A stretch of DNA of 64,000 bases, taken from positions 4,672,001 through 4,736,000 of the forward strand of contig OZ242358.1 of assembly GCA_965208835.1 (NCBI GenBank). Direction: 5' to 3'. Made by a program: the position numbers and the translations under genes. Each line of letters opens with the position of its first letter. Position 1 is the first letter of the stretch. Shown here in pieces: positions 59,457 to 64,000 of the stretch. This stretch comes from Candidatus Latescibacterota bacterium (GTDB lineage Bacteria > Latescibacterota > UBA2968 > GCA-2709665). Below the pieces are notes generated by a model that was given only the letters and a program-made list of their open reading frames with translations, was not told the origin of the DNA and did no database searches.

Positions 59457-59762
59457 CGTGTCTTCCTGACACGTCTTCCGTATTTCCAGGTTTTTTCAAA
59501 CAGGTCGTTCCAGGTCGGCCCTGGCTCGATTCCGCATGCAGAAATGTGGATCGGTTCTGCTCGCGGATAGACTCTCGGGACCGCGTATTGCGCCGTCCCG
59601 CCCCTCACCGGGTTAGGCTACATCCGCAATGGCGGAAAATCAGCCCGGCGATTTGGCACTTATCGCCAGCATGCCGGCAAATCCGCAGTTCCTTTACCGC
59701 GCCGGCGGATGCTCACGCGAGAATCGGGGCGAAGTGAGATTCCGGTACACAGGAGAACATTA

Positions 59763-61016
59763 ATGTTCAGCATGCTGAAGATGAAAACAACCAATCGATT
59801 GATTGCAACGGCGGCGGTTCTTGCCGTGTTCGCGTCCGGTTGTGGAAAAGAAGACCCCATTACGCAACAGGAAGAACATTATGAAGCTGAAGGCCTCGTC
59901 CTCCTCGACTCCGGCCAGCGGTTCTTCCGATATTTCCAGGGCAGGATCGACTCGGGCGATGGTCGTGCGGAAGCTTTGGACGTCGCCCATGGCGAAGTCA
60001 CCAGCAAGTGGAGCATTCGCTTCCTTGACAAAGACGGAAACGAAATGGCGCCCCCCACTGGCGAGGGTTTCAGTTTCACGTGGGAAATCGCAGATAAGGA
60101 TATTGTGGAAGTCGTCCAGGACGCGGCCGAGGTGGGCAAATTCGTCTTCGCCCTGCGCGGCCTCGAAGATGGCGAAACCACCATCAAGCTTCAGATTGCG
60201 CACGAAGGTCACATCGACTTCACCACGGTGCCGCTGCCGGTACACGTGGGAGGAGAGTTCGAGGCGGAAGGGCTCGTCATTATCGAATCCGGCGTTCGAT
60301 TCTTCCGTTACTTCCAGGGCGAAATCGACTCTGGCGAAGGTCGGGTTTCGGAACTCATGGCGCCGATCGGCATGACGCCCCACTGGCGCATCATGTTTCT
60401 GGACGAACACGGCGATGAAATAGATCCGCCGGACTATCCCGAATTCACGTTCGGCTGGACCATCGCCGACCCCGACGTCGTCGAAGTCGTCCAGGACGAG
60501 GGTGACGAAGGTTTATTCGAGTTTCACCTGCGCGGCTTGAAGGGGGGCGAAACCACCATCGTGTTGAAGGTCGAACACGATGGACACACGGATTTCAGCA
60601 CCCAACCCATTCCCGTACACGTGGAGTCACAGGAGGGCCAGCACGGCGAACCCGCGGGCTTGCGGCTTAAGGAAGAAGACAGCGGTGAAGTGCTGGTAGA
60701 GGCGCCCGTGGCGGGAGAAGGCACAGCCGGCGATGCGCTGTCGGTCGCCGTTGGTGACACAACCGACCACATCGCGACGTTCTTCTTTGACGAAGACGAC
60801 GTGGAGTTCCAGCCGGAAGCGCCCGATCACACGCTGGGCATCGCGGTGGCCGACACCTCGTTGCTTGCCATCGATCCGCCCGCAGCGCCCGAATACTGGG
60901 CGTTCAGACTCATCGGCAAAAAGGCCGGCACGACCACCATAACGCTTTCCATTCTCCACGACGGCGAGGAGGAAGAAGAATTCGCGCCCATTTCGGTGGC
61001 GATCACCGCACAATAG
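59763..61016 (+). CDS. acidic His-containing lipoprotein with three tandem domains (putative metal binding)
   Basis: Lipobox FASGC; repeats EAEGLV...RFFRYFQG...GETTI...HEGHIDF/HDGHTDF. Confidence 0.8.
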   Translation: MFSMLKMKTTNRLIATAAVLAVFASGCGKEDPITQQEEHYEAEGLVLLDSGQRFFRYFQGRIDSGDGRAEALDVAHGEVTSKWSIRFLDKDGNEMAPPTGEGFSFTWEIADKDIVEVVQDAAEVGKFVFALRGLEDGETTIKLQIAHEGHIDFTTVPLPVHVGGEFEAEGLVIIESGVRFFRYFQGEIDSGEGRVSELMAPIGMTPHWRIMFLDEHGDEIDPPDYPEFTFGWTIADPDVVEVVQDEGDEGLFEFHLRGLKGGETTIVLKVEHDGHTDFSTQPIPVHVESQEGQHGEPAGLRLKEEDSGEVLVEAPVAGEGTAGDALSVAVGDTTDHIATFFFDEDDVEFQPEAPDHTLGIAVADTSLLAIDPPAAPEYWAFRLIGKKAGTTTITLSILHDGEEEEEFAPISVAITAQ

Positions 61017-61103
61017 CAGGAAGCACGGCGGGAGGGCGAGGCTGCGCTTGCTCGCCTCTCATAGCCGGCTTCACCCGTCGGCGCTGCGCGCCCCTCGTGC
61101 CTC

Positions 61104-61162
61104 TTAACCGCCACTTTTTCGCTCGCTCTCGGGAACTCACCGGTAATTTTAAAACAGCTTCT
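61104..61162. repeat. family A element, right part only
   Basis: ACCGCCACTTTTTCGCTCGC...AATTTTAAAACAGCTTCT matches 18330-18385; abuts the SDR stop. Confidence 0.8.
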
Positions 61163-61908
61163 TAGTTTTTTCCGAGCATCGCCCGCCGCATCACCCGTTC
61201 TACAACGCGTGGAAACAGGGTACCCAGAACAGCCGCCGTACGGTTTCCGAAACCCGGGACAAGCAGACGCCTTCTCTTCCCGATGCCCCGATGGATGGCA
61301 TCTGCCAACGTTTCCGGCGGCATGCGTTTTTCCTCCCGCGAGTTATCAGGGCTGTACCGACGGGCATGGGCGGTGCGTGTCGGTCCCGGAAAGACCGTCA
61401 TGACGTGTATGTCACGCGGAGCGAGCGCAACCGAGAGACTTCGCGCGTACGACGCCAGCCCGCTCTTGGTTGCCGCGTACGCCGCGGCGCCAGGATAGCA
61501 TACGTAGTGCGAGAGTGACGAAATGAAAACCAGGGACCCGCCGGAGACAATGCGGTCGGCCTCCAGCAACCTCGCCGTCAACAACAGGGGCGCCTGGAAG
61601 TTTACCGCGACCACCTTCTCCTGATCCTTCAATCCCACGCGGGGAAACCGCCCCACGGCGTTGATACCCGCGTTGTGTACCAGGACGTCGATCGGATCCA
61701 TCGAGCCCAGTTCATCGTGAACACGCGCAATGCCAGCATCCGTACTCAAATCGGCCAACACAAACCTGGCCCCCATTTCCGGCTGGAGATCGGCGGCGCG
61801 TTTCGCGTCCACGTCCACACCGGTCACGGAATATTCCGCGCGAACGAGCCTGCGTGCGAGCGCCTCGCCGATTCCATTCGCCGCCCCGGTTATGACCGCG
61901 TGTTTCAT
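61162..61908 (-). CDS. short-chain dehydrogenase/reductase
   Basis: ITGAANGIG, HNAG, YAATK; ATGA overlap with the upstream SDR. Confidence 0.9.
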   Translation of the reverse strand: MKHAVITGAANGIGEALARRLVRAEYSVTGVDVDAKRAADLQPEMGARFVLADLSTDAGIARVHDELGSMDPIDVLVHNAGINAVGRFPRVGLKDQEKVVAVNFQAPLLLTARLLEADRIVSGGSLVFISSLSHYVCYPGAAAYAATKSGLASYARSLSVALAPRDIHVMTVFPGPTRTAHARRYSPDNSREEKRMPPETLADAIHRGIGKRRRLLVPGFGNRTAAVLGTLFPRVVERVMRRAMLGKN

Positions 61909-62648
61909 CTCGCCCGCCATCGCATCAGGGCTTCGATTGCGCCTTCGCAATAACGCCCGCAGAACCTCAGGGAACTGTTTCTCAAGCCGATTGTCACGAC
62001 GGATCGTCGCCCGTCGATCGCCCGCGCGATCCGCCGGGCGACGCGTTCCGCCGGCGGGAAGGGTCTGGATTCCTCGTCCTGCCATCCTGACTTTCGATGA
62101 ATGCCCGTTTGCGTCGCCCCCGGGTGTATGACCTGGACGGTCACATCGCCCTCTGCGCGCAGATTGCGCCCGAAGACATCGAGCGCCTCCTTGGTCGCCG
62201 CATACACTGCGAATTCGGGACACGGGAATGCGTGGGCGATGGAGCCAATGAGTACGTGTTTGCCCCGCACATTGTTCACAAATGGTACAAGCGCATGGGT
62301 CAGACGCAACGGCGCCAGAAGATTGACGGCCAGGATTGTTCGAATGTCTGCTTCGGTCTGATTGGCGACGGAACCGTAGTATCCCGTCGCCGCATTCTGA
62401 ATTGCCAGATCCAATGCATCAATTCTCCGCGATCTCAGAAACGAACACACTCTTTCCGCGCAATCCGCCTCCGACAAGTCCGCCTCGCAATACGTCTTGT
62501 CGCTGTAGAGCCCGCATTCAAACGAATCCAGCGCGCGCCTGCCCACCAGCACCAGCCGCTCACCACGCCCGCGATAGATTTCGGCAAGCGCTCGGCCGAT
62601 ACCATCCGTCGCACCGGTAATCAGCACGGTTTTTCTTACCCGGGCCAT
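61905..62648 (-). CDS. short-chain dehydrogenase/reductase
   Basis: ITGATDGIG, QNAA, YAATK, HPGAT. Confidence 0.9.
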   Translation of the reverse strand: MARVRKTVLITGATDGIGRALAEIYRGRGERLVLVGRRALDSFECGLYSDKTYCEADLSEADCAERVCSFLRSRRIDALDLAIQNAATGYYGSVANQTEADIRTILAVNLLAPLRLTHALVPFVNNVRGKHVLIGSIAHAFPCPEFAVYAATKEALDVFGRNLRAEGDVTVQVIHPGATQTGIHRKSGWQDEESRPFPPAERVARRIARAIDGRRSVVTIGLRNSSLRFCGRYCEGAIEALMRWRAR

Positions 62649-62881
62649 CAATTGCCCTTCCTTCGTCGCGCCCGTGCCCTAGTGGGTGTGTCGCGAACAG
62701 CCCCGGTCTGGGTCTGTACTGGAATGACCGTCCCATCCATGTCTTGCTCTGAGGCGGGCTAGATCTTATCTTTTCCCGATCACGGATTAACAGCGCAGCC
62801 GCCCGGTACAATTGACACCCTCCATTGGCAGCGGAAACCGGGAACACTATCGGAGGCGACGCGGAGTGACGAGACGAGACA

Positions 62882-63841
62882 ATGGATGATTCGCAGATGT
62901 TGACCGAAAGCGTTTCCGAGAAGCGGGCGTGGCGGACAGGTAGCATCGATGATTCCGCAACCTGGCACTATACGCTGTCCGATGATTTTCTCTCCAACAC
63001 CGAGCGCATCATACGCGAAGTGCGGGGTCGTGACCTGCCCATTACGGAGATTTCCCGCCAGGCCATGTCGTCCAACAACGGCGGCGAATACCTTCAACCG
63101 GTACTTGACGCTCTCAGATCGGGGCGTGGATTTGCCATCGTCAATCGCGTGCCGATCGATGGATATGATATTGAAGAAGCGCAGTTGATGTACTGGATGA
63201 CTGGCCAGCACCTCGGCACGCCAATGGAGCAGAATATAGAGGGGACGTTATTGTACGACGTCCGGGATACGGGCGAGAATGTGACACAGGGAGCCAGGTT
63301 TTCGGTGACCAACGCGGAGAGTACGTTTCACAACGACAATGCCTTCGGCGAACCGCTGCCCGACATTGTGGGACTGCTCTGTCTGCGCACGGCGAAATCA
63401 GGCGGCCAGAGTCAGCTTGTCAGCGGCTGCGCCCTCCATAATGAACTTCTGGAGAATCACCCCGATGCCCTCGAAACCCTCTATCAGCGATTCTATTTCG
63501 ATCGTCGAGGACAGTTCAGGGCCGGGGAGTCACCGACGTCTCATTTTCCGGTTTTTCAGTGGAGCGGGGGTGAATTGACGCTCCGATACCTGTACTATTA
63601 CATCCAGGTGGGTCACGAGTGCGCCGGCGAACCGCTGACCGCCGATCAGAGCAGCGCACTGGAAATTGTGGAAACGTTGCTTCGCCGCGCGGATTTCAGG
63701 GTGGAGTTCAATCTGCAACCCGGACAGATGCTGTTTACGAACAACCGCTGGATACTTCACAATCGCACCGCGTTCGAGGACGATGCCGACCCTGCACTTC
63801 GGCGGCACTATGTACGACTCTGGTTGCGGCACCGGGACTGA
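62882..63841 (+). CDS. TauD/TfdA-family Fe(II)/2-oxoglutarate dioxygenase
   Basis: FHND (HxD), LLCLR.AKSGG.S, NRWILHNRTAF. Confidence 0.88.
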   Translation: MDDSQMLTESVSEKRAWRTGSIDDSATWHYTLSDDFLSNTERIIREVRGRDLPITEISRQAMSSNNGGEYLQPVLDALRSGRGFAIVNRVPIDGYDIEEAQLMYWMTGQHLGTPMEQNIEGTLLYDVRDTGENVTQGARFSVTNAESTFHNDNAFGEPLPDIVGLLCLRTAKSGGQSQLVSGCALHNELLENHPDALETLYQRFYFDRRGQFRAGESPTSHFPVFQWSGGELTLRYLYYYIQVGHECAGEPLTADQSSALEIVETLLRRADFRVEFNLQPGQMLFTNNRWILHNRTAFEDDADPALRRHYVRLWLRHRD

Positions 63842-64000
63842 CGGATACAAATCACAATAAACGGTCGCTCGTTACGACCACGCGTTCACGCCTTTCGCTA
63901 ATCTACAATCTCGTAGACCCCTGAATTGTTCATATTCTCCCTCGTCTCCACCCTGTAGACCCAGCAACGTCCGTTCGTCGTCTCGCGTATCATTCGATCT

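Noticed and set aside
61909-62223. N-terminal extension of the 353-aa SDR ORF
   Set aside because: Overlaps the upstream SDR; the Rossmann motif follows ATG 61908

Overview
GC-rich bacterial chromosome segment. A GWxTD protein, an EF-hand/dockerin-like secreted protein, a PNPFNP/FlgD-type C-terminal domain, tandem MacB-like permeases, and ankyrin, sialidase-like and TauD genes suggest an FCB-group organism (Latescibacterota/Gemmatimonadota-like, possibly host-associated); this is inference. 1-15.8 kb is the dcw cluster (mraZ-rsmH-ftsL-ftsI-murE-murF-ftsW-murG-murC-murB-ftsQ-ftsA-ftsZ) without mraY, murD or ddl. The rest is accessory metabolism, a reverse-order PIN/Phd toxin-antitoxin pair behind a HelD-like helicase, a minus-strand run (nucleotidyltransferase-uvrA-GNAT-VOC-two MacB-like permeases-Uma2-ankyrin), a secreted 5'-nucleotidase and a His-rich lipoprotein. 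Main signals: (1) three families of short intergenic terminal-inverted-repeat elements that share one core, CAAGGCG-hairpin-CAACGCMG, often abut stop codons and punctuate the dcw operon; (2) two inverted arrays of degenerate 8-mers; (3) both MacB-like permeases have ATT where the initiator Met is expected and lie in one frame separated by a single TAA; (4) a His/CxxC/RAPP leader ORF upstream of the lipoprotein; (5) a GGA-rich, terminator-ended leader before mraZ. No rRNA, tRNA, CRISPR array or transposase was recognised. All calls were made by eye, without database searches.
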